Source of the DNA: an uncultured Acidobacteriota bacterium
GTDB taxonomy: Bacteria; Acidobacteriota; Vicinamibacteria; Vicinamibacterales; CAVVIG01
DNA: 64,000 bases
NCBI GenBank assembly: GCA_963757355.1
Contig: CAVWRG010000003.1
Span: 2,609,842-2,673,841 of the forward strand
Direction: 5' to 3'
Made by a program: the position numbers and the translations under genes. This document shows positions 38,509 to 48,102 of this stretch, one piece after another. The notes beneath the pieces were generated by a model. The model had not been told where the DNA came from. It saw only the letters and a list, made by a program, of their open reading frames with translations, and did not search any database. How positions within the stretch are numbered: position 1 is the first letter of the stretch; each line of letters starts with the position of its first letter.

Positions 38509-41154
38509 TTAATCCGGCCGAAGCGCCCGCATCGGTTCCGTGCGCAGTGATCGCCGCGCCGGCGCCCAGCACGACGCAAGGCCCACGAGCACGAAGAGGG
38601 TGATCACGGCGCCGAGGACCGCCGGATCGTTCGGCGAGGCTTCATACACGACTGTCGACAGCAAACGCCCGGCCGCGACGGCGAGCAACAGTCCGATCGC
38701 CGCGCCAATCGACAGCACCATCGTCAACCGGCCAAGCACGGCGCGAAGAATGTGGCTCGCGCGCGCGCCCATCGCGATGCGGATGCCGATCTCGCGCTGG
38801 CGTCTGGAAACGGCATAGGCCACGAGGCCGTGAATGCCGGTGGCGGCGAGCACAATCGCGAGCAAGCCGAAGGCGGTGAGCGCAATCGCCGCCGCCTGGC
38901 TGGGGAAGAGCGCGAATCCCAGCATCGAGTCGACGCTCCCGACGCCGTACAGCGGCAACGACGCGTCGAGCGATGCGATCGCCTGACGCATGCCGGCGAT
39001 TATCTGCTCCGGCGGCTGCGCCGATCGCACCAGGATCGTGGTCGTGCCGTTGTAGGCCTGGAGGATCGGCTCGAACACCGCCGGCCGCGGCGACTCGGTC
39101 AGCGACTCGTACTTCCCGTCCTCCACGACGCCGACAATCTCAATCGGATCGGCACGCCACACGTAGGCGAAATGCCGGCCGATCGGATCGTCGGTCCGCA
39201 TGATCACGCGCGCGAACGTGCGATTGACGACCGCGACGCGCGGCGCACCTGTGGCGTCGCGCCAGTCGAGATCGCGCCCCGACTCGCGGCGGATGCCCAG
39301 CGTTCGAAAGAACCCGGGCGACACGTCATAGCGCGCCGCCGAGTGGACGTCGGACGCCTTCAGCGCAGGCTGATCGTCCGGATAGATCATCGTGCTCGAT
39401 TGGTCGATGCTGAGCGGCATCGAGTTGGCGTATGCGGCCGCCTGCACGCCGGGCAGCGCCGCCACGGCGTCGAGCGCGCGGCGTTGAAACCGCGCGCCAT
39501 CGTCCTTGCTGTAACCGGCGAGCCCCAGATCGAACCCGATGGTCGTCACCCCGCGTGGATCCAGGCCTGGCCGCATTGTCAGCGCCTGCTGCAATCCGCG
39601 GAGCGAGAGGAGCGAGGCCGACACGAGCACGACGCACAGCGCGATCTGCACCGCGACGAGCACGTCGCGGATGGGCCACCGCCCGCCGATCGCGGCGCCG
39701 TCGGCTTCCTTCAACGCGCTCGCCGTGCTCGTGCGCGCCGCCTGCCTCGCCGGCGCCAGTCCGAACAGCAGACCGGCGGCCGCTGAAACGGCGCAGGCAA
39801 ACAGCAAGACGCGAAAGTCGAGCGGGATGTCGAACTGAATCGGCACGTCCACCGGCGCACGCCACGCGGTGAGGGCACGCGCCGCGGCCCACGCCAGACC
39901 GCAGCCCGCCGCGCCGCCAAGCGCGGCGAGCAGCAGGGTTTCGGTGAGCAGCTGGCGCACGAGGCGTCCGCGGGTCGCGCCGATCGACAATCGGATGGCG
40001 AGCTCGCGCCGCCGATCGCTGCCGCGCGCGGCGAGCACGCTCGCGAGGTTCGCGCAGGCGGCGAGCAGCACCATCGCCGCCAGCGCCAGCACGCCAATCG
40101 TGAAGGCGCGCATCGGCGCGCCGAGCGCGTCGCCGACGAGGCCCGGCTTCGCCAGCGTCACCTGGAGACCCTCGTTCATGCGCGGGTACTCGTGCCCCAG
40201 CTGTGCGGCGATCACATTCAGGTTCGCTTCAGCCGCGCCGACGGTCACGCCGGGCTTCAGGCGCCCGACGATCCACGTGTTCCACGTATTGCGGTTGTCG
40301 AGCCACGGATTGCCGATCTCGATCTGCGGCTGCATCATCATCGGCACCCACAGGTCGGGCTGATAGAACAGCTCCGTGCCCCGGAATCCTCTGGGCGCCA
40401 CGCCGACGATCGTGAACGGCGTTCGATTCAATCGGACGTCGGTGCCGATCACTGACGGATCGCCGGCGAAGCGGCCCATCCAGCATTCGTAGCTCAAGAC
40501 GGCGAACGGCGACTGGCCCTCGTGGAGATCGTCGGTCTGATGAAAGAACCGTCCGAGCGCCGGCTTGACGCCGAGCACGTCGAAGTAATTGCCGGTCGCA
40601 AGATAGCCCCACGTCCGGACGGCGGCGCCGCGCCGCTCGAGGTTGATCGGCGAGATGCGGTAGCCGACGAGACCATCGAACGCCGTCGAGCGGTCGCGGA
40701 AGTCGCGGTAGTTGGGGAACGACTGGGACGGATGCGCGCCCTGATTCTGCACGAAGAACACGCGTTCGGGCTGCGCAATCGGCAGCGGTTTCAGCACGAG
40801 CGCGTTGACGACGCTGAAGACGACGGTGTTCGCGCCGATGCCAAGCGCCAGCGAGAGGATCGCCATGAGCGCGAATGTCGGCGTGCGCGCAAGCGTGCGG
40901 ACGGCATACCGCATGTCGGCGTGCAGATCGTCGAAGAGGCGGAGGCCGCGCGCCTCCCGGCACTGATCCTTGTACGATTCGACACCGCCGAATTCCAGCC
41001 GCGCGCGCCGCGTCGCGTCTTCAGCGGAGAGGCCTGAGGCGGCGAGATCCGCCGCCCGCGCGTCGACGTGAAAGCGCAGCTCCTCGGCCAGATCGCGCTC
41101 GACCGCGGATCGCCGTACGAGACCGCGCACCAGCGAACGAAGCCGGGCGACCAT
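38509..41154 (-). CDS. ADOP-type duplicated MacB/FtsX permease
   Basis: MVARLRSLVRGLVRRSAVERDLAEELRFHVD is the typical N-terminus, followed by two FtsX-type 4-TM modules and MacB_PCD-like periplasmic regions. The C-terminus is PARRSLRTEPMRALRPD. The start abuts the PadR stop. Confidence 0.85.
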   Translation of the reverse strand: MVARLRSLVRGLVRRSAVERDLAEELRFHVDARAADLAASGLSAEDATRRARLEFGGVESYKDQCREARGLRLFDDLHADMRYAVRTLARTPTFALMAILSLALGIGANTVVFSVVNALVLKPLPIAQPERVFFVQNQGAHPSQSFPNYRDFRDRSTAFDGLVGYRISPINLERRGAAVRTWGYLATGNYFDVLGVKPALGRFFHQTDDLHEGQSPFAVLSYECWMGRFAGDPSVIGTDVRLNRTPFTIVGVAPRGFRGTELFYQPDLWVPMMMQPQIEIGNPWLDNRNTWNTWIVGRLKPGVTVGAAEANLNVIAAQLGHEYPRMNEGLQVTLAKPGLVGDALGAPMRAFTIGVLALAAMVLLAACANLASVLAARGSDRRRELAIRLSIGATRGRLVRQLLTETLLLAALGGAAGCGLAWAAARALTAWRAPVDVPIQFDIPLDFRVLLFACAVSAAAGLLFGLAPARQAARTSTASALKEADGAAIGGRWPIRDVLVAVQIALCVVLVSASLLSLRGLQQALTMRPGLDPRGVTTIGFDLGLAGYSKDDGARFQRRALDAVAALPGVQAAAYANSMPLSIDQSSTMIYPDDQPALKASDVHSAARYDVSPGFFRTLGIRRESGRDLDWRDATGAPRVAVVNRTFARVIMRTDDPIGRHFAYVWRADPIEIVGVVEDGKYESLTESPRPAVFEPILQAYNGTTTILVRSAQPPEQIIAGMRQAIASLDASLPLYGVGSVDSMLGFALFPSQAAAIALTAFGLLAIVLAATGIHGLVAYAVSRRQREIGIRIAMGARASHILRAVLGRLTMVLSIGAAIGLLLAVAAGRLLSTVVYEASPNDPAVLGAVITLFVLVGLASCWAPARRSLRTEPMRALRPD

Positions 41155-41156
41155 GG

Positions 41157-41495
41157 CTACACCTCGCTCACGGTGGCCGCCAACGCCGCGGCCATCGCCG
41201 CGGCGACGCGTTGCCAGCTGGCCGTTTCGTCGCGCAGCCGCCGGCGGCCCGCCGCGGTGAGCGTGTAGAAGCGCGCGCGCCGGTTGTTCTCCGAGAGACC
41301 CCATCGGCCCTCGAGCAGACCCTTGTGCTCGAGCCGGTAGAGGGCGGGATACAAAGCGCCCTGTTCGATTTCGAGGGCGCCCCCGGTCATGCCCGCGATG
41401 CGGAGCAGGACCGCGTAGCCGTGCAGCGGCCCCAGCGACACCGCCTTCAGAATCAGCAGATCGAGCGTGCCGGGCAGGAGGTCGGCGCGTTCCAT
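41157..41495 (-). CDS. PadR-family transcriptional regulator
   Basis: LPGTLDLLILKAVSLGPLHGYAVLLRI..LYPALYRLEHKGLLEGRWG..RRARFYTLTAAGRRRL. Confidence 0.9.
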   Translation of the reverse strand: MERADLLPGTLDLLILKAVSLGPLHGYAVLLRIAGMTGGALEIEQGALYPALYRLEHKGLLEGRWGLSENNRRARFYTLTAAGRRRLRDETASWQRVAAAMAAALAATVSEV

Positions 41496-41560
41496 GCTCT
41501 CCTAAGACGATCAGGAGAACGAAAAAGTTGCGCGCCGATACACGCCCTCTAAAAGCGGGC

Positions 41561-41932
41561 CTAATGACGCCGCCGCGACGGGTCTCTCACAACCAGCGAC
41601 AGAATCGTGCTCACGATGCTGACGACGAGCGCGCCCCAGAACGCCGCCCAGAAGCCGCTGACGTGGAAGCCGAGGCCGAGCATCGCCGAGAGCGAGCTTG
41701 TCAGCCACAGCATCAGGCCATTCACGACCAGGGCGAAGAGGCCAATCGTCAGGATGATCAGCGGGAACGTGAAGAATTTTGCGACCGGCCGGATCACGCT
41801 GTTGACCGCACCGAAGATGACGGCCACCCCGAGGAAAGGCAGCCAGCCGCCCGTACGCGTCACGCCGGGGACGATCTGCGCGGCCACCCACAGTGCCGCA
41901 GCGTTGACGAGGAGGCGAATCAGAAAGGCCAT
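41561..41932 (-). CDS. DUF360 / phage-holin-4-like small membrane protein
   Basis: MAFLIRLLVNAAALWVAAQIVPGV..FGAVNSVIRPVAKFFTFPLIILTIGLFALVVNGLMLWL matches the YvlD/DUF360 pattern. The start is taken at M54 of the ORF. Confidence 0.7.
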   Translation of the reverse strand: MAFLIRLLVNAAALWVAAQIVPGVTRTGGWLPFLGVAVIFGAVNSVIRPVAKFFTFPLIILTIGLFALVVNGLMLWLTSSLSAMLGLGFHVSGFWAAFWGALVVSIVSTILSLVVRDPSRRRH

Positions 41933-42146
41933 CAGCGCGTCATTGTGCCATGCCGGCGGTCCATTCGCTCGGCTAAAGCCTTCGCGCTGCAGTGCTTGCT
42001 GCACCTCGCGGAGGCGCCGCTCGAGCCGATCGTACAGCCGCACGATCTCCGGCCAGTCGGTGTCCTCGGCGCGCGCCGCCTGGCAATGCACCGCGACGGC
42101 GTGTCGATTCGCCGGATCGCCGTTCGTCTAAGCGATGGAGGATCAG

Positions 42147-42506
42147 ATGAAATACACGTTGATGATTTACGACGATGAGAAAGGGTGGGGCACGCTGAGT
42201 GAGGGGCAGCAGCACCAGATGATGGGTGAGTATCAGCAGCTCACGCAGCAGTTGAAGGACGCCGGGCAGTACATCGCCGGTCAGCGGCTGCATCCGACGT
42301 CGGCCGCGACGAGCGTCCGCGTCCGCGATGGCAAACGCGTCGTCACCGATGGCCCGTTTGCGGAGACGCGCGAACAGCTGGGCGGCTATTACCTGATCAA
42401 CGCGAAGAACCTCGACGAGGCGATCGAGATTGCCGGGCGGATTCCGTCGGCTCGCCAGGGCACGATCGAGGTCCGGCCTGTGGTCGAAGCGCCGGCGGCG
42501 ACCTGA
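42147..42506 (+). CDS. YciI-family (DGPF domain) protein
   Basis: GGAGGA RBS lies 6 nt before the ATG at 42147. The sequence is MKYTLMIYDDE..VTDGPFAETREQLGGYYLINAKNLDEAIEIAGRIP. Confidence 0.85.
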   Translation: MKYTLMIYDDEKGWGTLSEGQQHQMMGEYQQLTQQLKDAGQYIAGQRLHPTSAATSVRVRDGKRVVTDGPFAETREQLGGYYLINAKNLDEAIEIAGRIPSARQGTIEVRPVVEAPAAT

Positions 42507-42776
42507 AGCGGCGCGCGCACATCAGGCGTTCGTGCGGGGCGAAGTGGTGGTCGTCGGCCACTGCTTCGCCGGCAGCACCTCAGTAGCCACGACTCAAAAG
42601 CCCAGACCCGGCAGCACGACCTCGTTCGTGTTAGCATTCGCATTTCCGGACTTTTGTCTTCCTTCCAACGTGTTTGTATTCACCCGTGGCACATCCGCCG
42701 GGCGGCGCTCCGGACGCGAGCGGCTATGGTTTTGCTTTCGGTCTGACGACTTCCACCTAGAGACGGGCAAAAACAC

Positions 42777-43907
42777 GTGTCAAATATCGAACCCATAACG
42801 AGCGCTTCGGACCCTGCGGCTGCCAACGCCGAGGTCGCCATCGAATCCAGCGCGTTGGAATCTGTCCGAGCCGAGCGCGAAGGGCTGCCACGCGGCTATC
42901 GGATGCGCGCAGATACCCATTACGTGGATCACCTCGGGTCGCAATCCGCCGGGCAGCCGGTCCGCATGGTGGCCGTCGATCAGATCGCCTCATCGCAGAC
43001 AATTGACCCGCACGATCTCCGGCCCCTGATCGACTCGATCCGGACGCACGGCATCGTGCACCCGCTGCTCGTCTCGCGTGGGGAGACCGGGTACGTCGCG
43101 ATCGGCGGCCACAAACGGTTGGCGGCTGCGCGGTTCCTGCGGTTGCCGACCGTTCCGTGTCTCCTTCACCACGTCGACGAGGCGCAGGCGATGGTCCTGG
43201 CGCGAGCCGACAACCTGCACACCCTCTCGCCGGCGCGGCCCGATGCGACGACGAGCATGACGACGGCGGTGCAGCACGCCATCGCGCAGTCGTTGGGGAT
43301 CGTGCAGGCGAGCGCCGGCGTCATCCAGACGAGCCCGCCGCATCTTGCGCGGGCGGCGATCGACCTCGTCGCCGCGCACGCGTGGCGCGCGGCGCGGTTG
43401 CTCGACGCGCTCGACGCCGCCATCAAACATCCGGCGCGTCCCGCCCGCACGCGTGCCCTCGCGAGTGCGATCGATCAGGTCACGGATGGGTTCGCGGCCG
43501 AGGGCCGCTTGAACGGCGTGGCGATTCGCGCGCGGATCGAGGGCGCCGCAGCCGGCGCGGCCGTCAACGGGCACGACGTGTCGTTGATCGTGTCGAGCGC
43601 GGTGCTGGCCACGCTTCCCATCGTTGAACATGCGCACCTCGATCAGCCTGCCATCCTCGTTTCTGGATCCAGCGGCGCCGCACCAGGGTCGATCCGCCTC
43701 GTCATCGCGCAACGCGCGGCGCCCGCGCCCGCCGCGCTCGCCGGGCGATTCTTCGACGAAACGTACAGCGACCGGATGGGTGGGTGGTGCGCGCTGGCCT
43801 GTGCGCTGGCAGTGAAAACGGCGACGGAGCGCCTCGGTGGCACAGCCGCGTTTGATATCGACGCGGAAGGCCACAGCAGCGTGACCGTCCAGTTCCCTCA
43901 CGCCTGA
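42777..43907 (+). CDS. ParB/Srx N-terminal-domain protein with C-terminal degenerate histidine-kinase-like region
   Basis: The ParB-N domain is seen as VAVDQIASSQ..LIDSIRTHGIVHPLLVS..YVAIGGHKRLAAARFLRL. The C-terminal half has an H-box-like AVQHAIAQSLGIV and an HATPase-like tail, FFDETYSDRMGGW..ERLGGTAAFDIDAEGHSSVTVQFP. That tail lacks N/G1 box residues. Confidence 0.6.
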   Translation: MSNIEPITSASDPAAANAEVAIESSALESVRAEREGLPRGYRMRADTHYVDHLGSQSAGQPVRMVAVDQIASSQTIDPHDLRPLIDSIRTHGIVHPLLVSRGETGYVAIGGHKRLAAARFLRLPTVPCLLHHVDEAQAMVLARADNLHTLSPARPDATTSMTTAVQHAIAQSLGIVQASAGVIQTSPPHLARAAIDLVAAHAWRAARLLDALDAAIKHPARPARTRALASAIDQVTDGFAAEGRLNGVAIRARIEGAAAGAAVNGHDVSLIVSSAVLATLPIVEHAHLDQPAILVSGSSGAAPGSIRLVIAQRAAPAPAALAGRFFDETYSDRMGGWCALACALAVKTATERLGGTAAFDIDAEGHSSVTVQFPHA

Positions 43908-44014
43908 CACACGGTGCCCAAAAATAACTCGATCTGAGCTGGAGCGGGTATTCTTGTGACAATGACTATGGACATTGTTGAACGGCGGATCGCCACGCGC
44001 GTCGTCGGTGCGAG

Positions 44015-44935
44015 ATGAGCGCGCTCATGAGATCACCCATCGGCCGCGCGTCCTTCGTGCTGATGATCGTGTTCGCGGTGAGTGCGTCGGCCGCCGCCCA
44101 GACCCAAGTGCGGGTCGTCAGGGATCAGGCGATTATCTGGCGCCGTGAGGCCCGCATTCCCATCACCACAGTGAAAACCGGCACGGTGCTCGACGTCGTC
44201 GGGCGGCAAGACGACTGGTTCATCGTCGTTGTCCCGCCGGAAAGTGGTGGGGCCGGCGAGTCGGGGATGATCGCGGCCTCGCAGGTCGAAGCGGTCACGG
44301 GATCGCCGCGCGCCGGGACCGCGCGCGGGCAGGCGAAACCGGCTGCAGCGGCGCAACGCGCCGCTCTGGAGACGTCCCGGCCCGTCGAAGTGTTCGGATC
44401 GGGTCAGGTCGCCCTCAACACGTGGCTGGCGCACGACGCGTTCAACGCCGTGGTCGGCCACTCCTTCGGACCGCTGTTTGGCGGGGGCGTCGAAGTGCAC
44501 CTGCACGACCGTGTGTTCATCGAGGGCAATGTCGAGTTCTTCCAGCAGACGGGTCAGCGGGTGTTCGTCTCGAATGGGCAGGTGTTCAAGCTCGGAATTT
44601 CCGACACCGTGCGTGTGATCCCTTTGTCGGTGACAGCCGGCTACCGGCACCGCTTCAAAACCTTGACGTCGTACTTCGGCGGTGGCGCCGGGGCGTATTT
44701 CTATCGAGAGACCTCGGCTTTTTCCGACGCATCCGAGAACGTCAGCGAGCGATTTGCCAGCTATCACGCTCTGGCGGGTGTCGAGGTCGCCGGCGGACGC
44801 TGGTGGCGGACTGCGTTCGAGGTGCAATTCACCACCGTGCCGAATGCGTTGGGCCCCAGCGGGACGTCGGCCGCGTTCGGCGAGCACAATCTTGGTGGTG
44901 TGCAGTTCCGTGCCAAGGTGCTGTTCGGCCGCTGA
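44015..44935 (+). CDS. Exported protein: SH3-like N-terminal domain + probable beta-barrel
   Basis: Signal ASFVLMIVFAVSASAAAQ. The SH3b-like segment is VKTGTVLDVVGRQDDWFIVVVP. The C-terminal half has alternating-hydrophobic strands. Confidence 0.5.
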   Translation: MSALMRSPIGRASFVLMIVFAVSASAAAQTQVRVVRDQAIIWRREARIPITTVKTGTVLDVVGRQDDWFIVVVPPESGGAGESGMIAASQVEAVTGSPRAGTARGQAKPAAAAQRAALETSRPVEVFGSGQVALNTWLAHDAFNAVVGHSFGPLFGGGVEVHLHDRVFIEGNVEFFQQTGQRVFVSNGQVFKLGISDTVRVIPLSVTAGYRHRFKTLTSYFGGGAGAYFYRETSAFSDASENVSERFASYHALAGVEVAGGRWWRTAFEVQFTTVPNALGPSGTSAAFGEHNLGGVQFRAKVLFGR

Positions 44936-44999
44936 CGCGTCCTGAAGACTCGACGGCTGGGCGCCCTTTCGCGAGGGCGTCCAGGCGTCGACCGTCCGC

Positions 45000-45404
45000 C
45001 TACTGCAAGTGCCGGGCGGCCGACACGATCTCCAGCCATCGCTCAGCATCGGCGCGCTGGCGAAACACGCGAATGATCCGCACGTCCATCGCCGCGCACC
45101 CCGTTTCGTACCGCAGCATCAACCTGAACAGCTGATCCGTGTCCGCCACGAGGGCGACATGTCCCCGCGGCCCGAGTCTGTTCAGATTGGCGACGAGGGC
45201 GACCGCGTGGTCGACGTCAGCGTCTGTGGCTGTCGTCGAGGCGCCTCGGGCGTCGAAGAGCAGCGGCATCATGCGCGCGTCGACCGACGATCGCGCGACC
45301 TGCATGAATTCCAGGATTTCCTCAATCGTGAGGGTTCCGGTGGCTGTTGCGATCAGCCATTGCCGCCGCTCGTCGCGCGCAACATCGATGGGCACGCGTG
45401 ACAT
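45000..45404 (-). CDS. Hypothetical protein (STAS-like size and pattern, unassigned)
   Basis: 134-aa ORF, divergent from the REC-PAS gene. No firm motif. Confidence 0.4.
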   Translation of the reverse strand: MSRVPIDVARDERRQWLIATATGTLTIEEILEFMQVARSSVDARMMPLLFDARGASTTATDADVDHAVALVANLNRLGPRGHVALVADTDQLFRLMLRYETGCAAMDVRIIRVFRQRADAERWLEIVSAARHLQ

Positions 45405-45501
45405 CCTAACGCTTCAGATGGCACGCTCCAATATGCGACTGGATGAGCCGGCTGAAAAAGCCGGAGGCTTCGCGTGACGAAAATGAGGTAGTGTCCAGCC
45501 G

Positions 45502-46398
45502 ATGACCGATCCATCCGCCATGAACGCATCGGGGCGAAGTCCAGTGAATCCGGGCGAGCGTCGGCAATCCGATCGCCGGCAGCGCTGGAGGCGGCGCAAC
45601 GCCGACCGCCAAACGGTCAAAACGCCACGCGTGCTGTTGATTGAACCGCACGAAGACACGCGCCTCCTGTACGCCAGCCTGTTCGAAGAGTCGGGCTTCG
45701 TGGTGTACGCGATGGCGAACGGGCTCGAGGCGCTCACCACCGCGCAGAAGCGGCTGCCCGACATCGTGGTGATGGAAGTCGCCGTCCCTGGTGCCGACGG
45801 CTTCACGATCCTGCAGGCCCTGCGGGCGGAGCGGGCAACCGCGGATGTGCCCGCCGTGGTGGTGACCTCTCTGCTGCACTTTGACGTGCCTCAACGCGCG
45901 CGTGAATCGGGCGCGACGGTTGTCTTGAGCACGCCCACGCCGATTGATTCGGTGATGGGAGCCGTCGATGAGCTCATGAGCGCGACGCCCATTGACCGAT
46001 TCGCGAGCCGCCGGCTTCGCCGGTCGCTTCTCATGCTTCGGAAGGCCGGCACGCAACTCAACCTCGATACTGCCGCCAGGGAACGGGTGAAGGCGCTGAT
46101 CGACCGGCTGCAGATCGCGGTGATGGCGATCGACGAACACGGCCGGTACGTCGCGGCGAGCACGGGCGCGGAGTGGCTCACCGGCTACACACGGGCCGAG
46201 CTGCTCACGATGTCGATCTTCGACACCGCGTTGGGCGCAGATCTCCCGTTGGCGCGCCGATGGGAGGAATTCGTGTCGCGTGAAGATACGATCTCGACCG
46301 GCACGATCCGCGACAAAGCCGGACGGGCGGTGACGGTTCACTCCTTGATCGCGACGATCGTCCCGGGACTGCATGCGGCCGCCTTTTCGATGGGATGA
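45502..46398 (+). CDS. Response-regulator receiver + PAS domain protein
   Basis: The REC domain is RVLLIEPHEDTRLLYASLFEESGF..DIVVMEVAVPGADG..VVVTS. The PAS-like region is IAVMAIDEHGRYVAASTGAEWLTGYTRAELLTMSIFD. Confidence 0.8.
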   Translation: MTDPSAMNASGRSPVNPGERRQSDRRQRWRRRNADRQTVKTPRVLLIEPHEDTRLLYASLFEESGFVVYAMANGLEALTTAQKRLPDIVVMEVAVPGADGFTILQALRAERATADVPAVVVTSLLHFDVPQRARESGATVVLSTPTPIDSVMGAVDELMSATPIDRFASRRLRRSLLMLRKAGTQLNLDTAARERVKALIDRLQIAVMAIDEHGRYVAASTGAEWLTGYTRAELLTMSIFDTALGADLPLARRWEEFVSREDTISTGTIRDKAGRAVTVHSLIATIVPGLHAAAFSMG

Positions 46399-46460
46399 CG
46401 AGTCTGAATCGCCCCAACGAACCCCGTATAATCGCGGGTATTGAAGCGAGGAGTGTGAGC

Positions 46461-47357
46461 ATGAGTGATTTGAAGCCCGATCAGCGTTCGAATAATCAAG
46501 GGCCGGCCGATCCATCGCGCCGCGAGTTTGTCGCGACGGTCGTCGCCGGTCTTGCCGTGGCCGCCACAACCCCTTCGGCCGCGCCGCTGCCGGTCGTCGA
46601 GACCGCCGTGCAGGTCCGGACGCCGGACGGCGTGTGCGACGCATCCTTCATCCACCCGGCGAGCGGTTCCCACCCCGGCGTCATCATCTGGCCCGATGCA
46701 TTCGGCCTGCGGCCGTCGATGCGCGATATCGGCAAGCGAATCGCCGCCGACGGGTACGCCGTCCTTGTTCCCAATCCGTTTTATCGCGTCGCCAAGGCGC
46801 CCGTGATCGCCGACATGTCGACGTTCAGCTTCCAGAACCCGCAGGATCGCGCGAAGCTGCAGCCACTGATGGGATCGATCAACGCGCCGGGCGCGGCGGA
46901 GAAGGACGCGGTGGCGTTCGTGGCGTTCCTGGACGCGCAGGCGCAGGTGGACAAGAGCAAGAAGATCGGCACGCAGGGCTACTGCATGGGCGGTGCGCTG
47001 GTCGTGAAGACCGCTGCCGCGGTTCCGAGTCGCGTCGGCGCGGGCGCGTCCTTTCACGGCGGCGGCCTCGTGACCGACAAACCGGACAGCCCGCATCTGC
47101 TGGCGCCGAAAATCAAAGCCCGCATGTATTTCGGCATCGCGGCCAACGACGACAAGAGTCAGCCCGACGCCAAGGACAAGCTGCGGGACGCGTTTGCCGC
47201 CGCGCACGTTCCCGCTGAGATCGAGGTTTACGGATCGATGCACGGTTGGTGCGTCCCGGACATGCCGGCGCAGAACGGCGCGCCGATTTACAACAAGCCG
47301 GATGCGGAGAAGGCCTGGGCGAAGCTCGTGGCGCTGTACAAATCCGCGCTCGGCTGA
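46461..47357 (+). CDS. Dienelactone hydrolase family protein with Tat signal
   Basis: GAGGAG RBS precedes the ATG at 46461. Twin-arginine leader SRREFVATVVAGLAVAA. The nucleophile elbow is GTQGYCMGG and the C-terminus has VYGSMHGW. Confidence 0.8.
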   Translation: MSDLKPDQRSNNQGPADPSRREFVATVVAGLAVAATTPSAAPLPVVETAVQVRTPDGVCDASFIHPASGSHPGVIIWPDAFGLRPSMRDIGKRIAADGYAVLVPNPFYRVAKAPVIADMSTFSFQNPQDRAKLQPLMGSINAPGAAEKDAVAFVAFLDAQAQVDKSKKIGTQGYCMGGALVVKTAAAVPSRVGAGASFHGGGLVTDKPDSPHLLAPKIKARMYFGIAANDDKSQPDAKDKLRDAFAAAHVPAEIEVYGSMHGWCVPDMPAQNGAPIYNKPDAEKAWAKLVALYKSALG

Positions 47358-47400
47358 GCGGGCGTCCACGTCGCTGCGGCGATGAACAAACAACCAATCT

Positions 47401-48102
47401 TCACGACAGCAGCCGGCTTCCGAGCGCGATCCATGCCGGTGTGCGTGTGACATAAAGCGCTACCTGGAATGCCCCGACGATCAGCAAGCCACCCCAGCCA
47501 AACGCCGGATGCAGTCGCCGATGCCCAATCGTGTCGATTCCGACGCAGAGGAGTACGAACCCGTCGAGTCCCAGCAGAATGAGCTCATTGGTCATGAAGC
47601 TGACGGGTAGGCGCGCGAGCGCGTCCGGCAGCATGCACGCGATGGTCAGCAGCATCAGCCGCTTGTGATAGTCGGGACGGCGCCGGAGCCAAACCGCGAT
47701 GGTGACGAACCCGGCGAACAGAAGCATCTGAATGAGGTCAAGGCTTGTGATCACAACCTGGCTCGCGGCGAACGTGCTATGGGCGCGAACTTCGCGCACT
47801 GCGGCGTGCAGCGTCGTCACTGAACCCAGGATCACGACCAGTGCGGCCCACGCGGTCGAGAACACGCCGAGTCGGCGGTGCCAGCGGACGCGATGCGCGG
47901 CGATCAGGCTGGATTGCACCACGAGGAGGATGACCCATCCGCTCATCACCACGCCGTGGATGTGGAGCAGCAGCGGGAGCGCAGGCGTGTGGTAGAAGGC
48001 TTTCAGGTAAAACGAGCGCGCGAACGTCCAGAAGACGAGCGCAAGGAAGACGATGCTGAAGCCAAGGTAGAAGCGGCGTTCGAAGGGCTGCCGCGATGTC
48101 AT
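47401..48102 (-). CDS. Hypothetical polytopic membrane protein (about 6 TM)
   Basis: Hydrophobic segments run throughout. There is a 4-nt start/stop overlap (48099-48102) with the upstream amidohydrolase gene. Two decayed C-terminal paralog stubs lie at 49365-49687. Confidence 0.6.
   Translation of the reverse strand: MTSRQPFERRFYLGFSIVFLALVFWTFARSFYLKAFYHTPALPLLLHIHGVVMSGWVILLVVQSSLIAAHRVRWHRRLGVFSTAWAALVVILGSVTTLHAAVREVRAHSTFAASQVVITSLDLIQMLLFAGFVTIAVWLRRRPDYHKRLMLLTIACMLPDALARLPVSFMTNELILLGLDGFVLLCVGIDTIGHRRLHPAFGWGGLLIVGAFQVALYVTRTPAWIALGSRLLS

Noticed and set aside
38752-40363. Plus-strand ORFs over the ADOP permease (344 aa, 164 aa, and others)
   Set aside because: These are shadow ORFs antisense to a well-supported permease gene.
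41561-41932. Holin-family gene as evidence of a prophage
   Set aside because: DUF360/holin-4-like proteins are common chromosomal membrane proteins. No endolysin, capsid, tail, terminase or integrase genes flank it.
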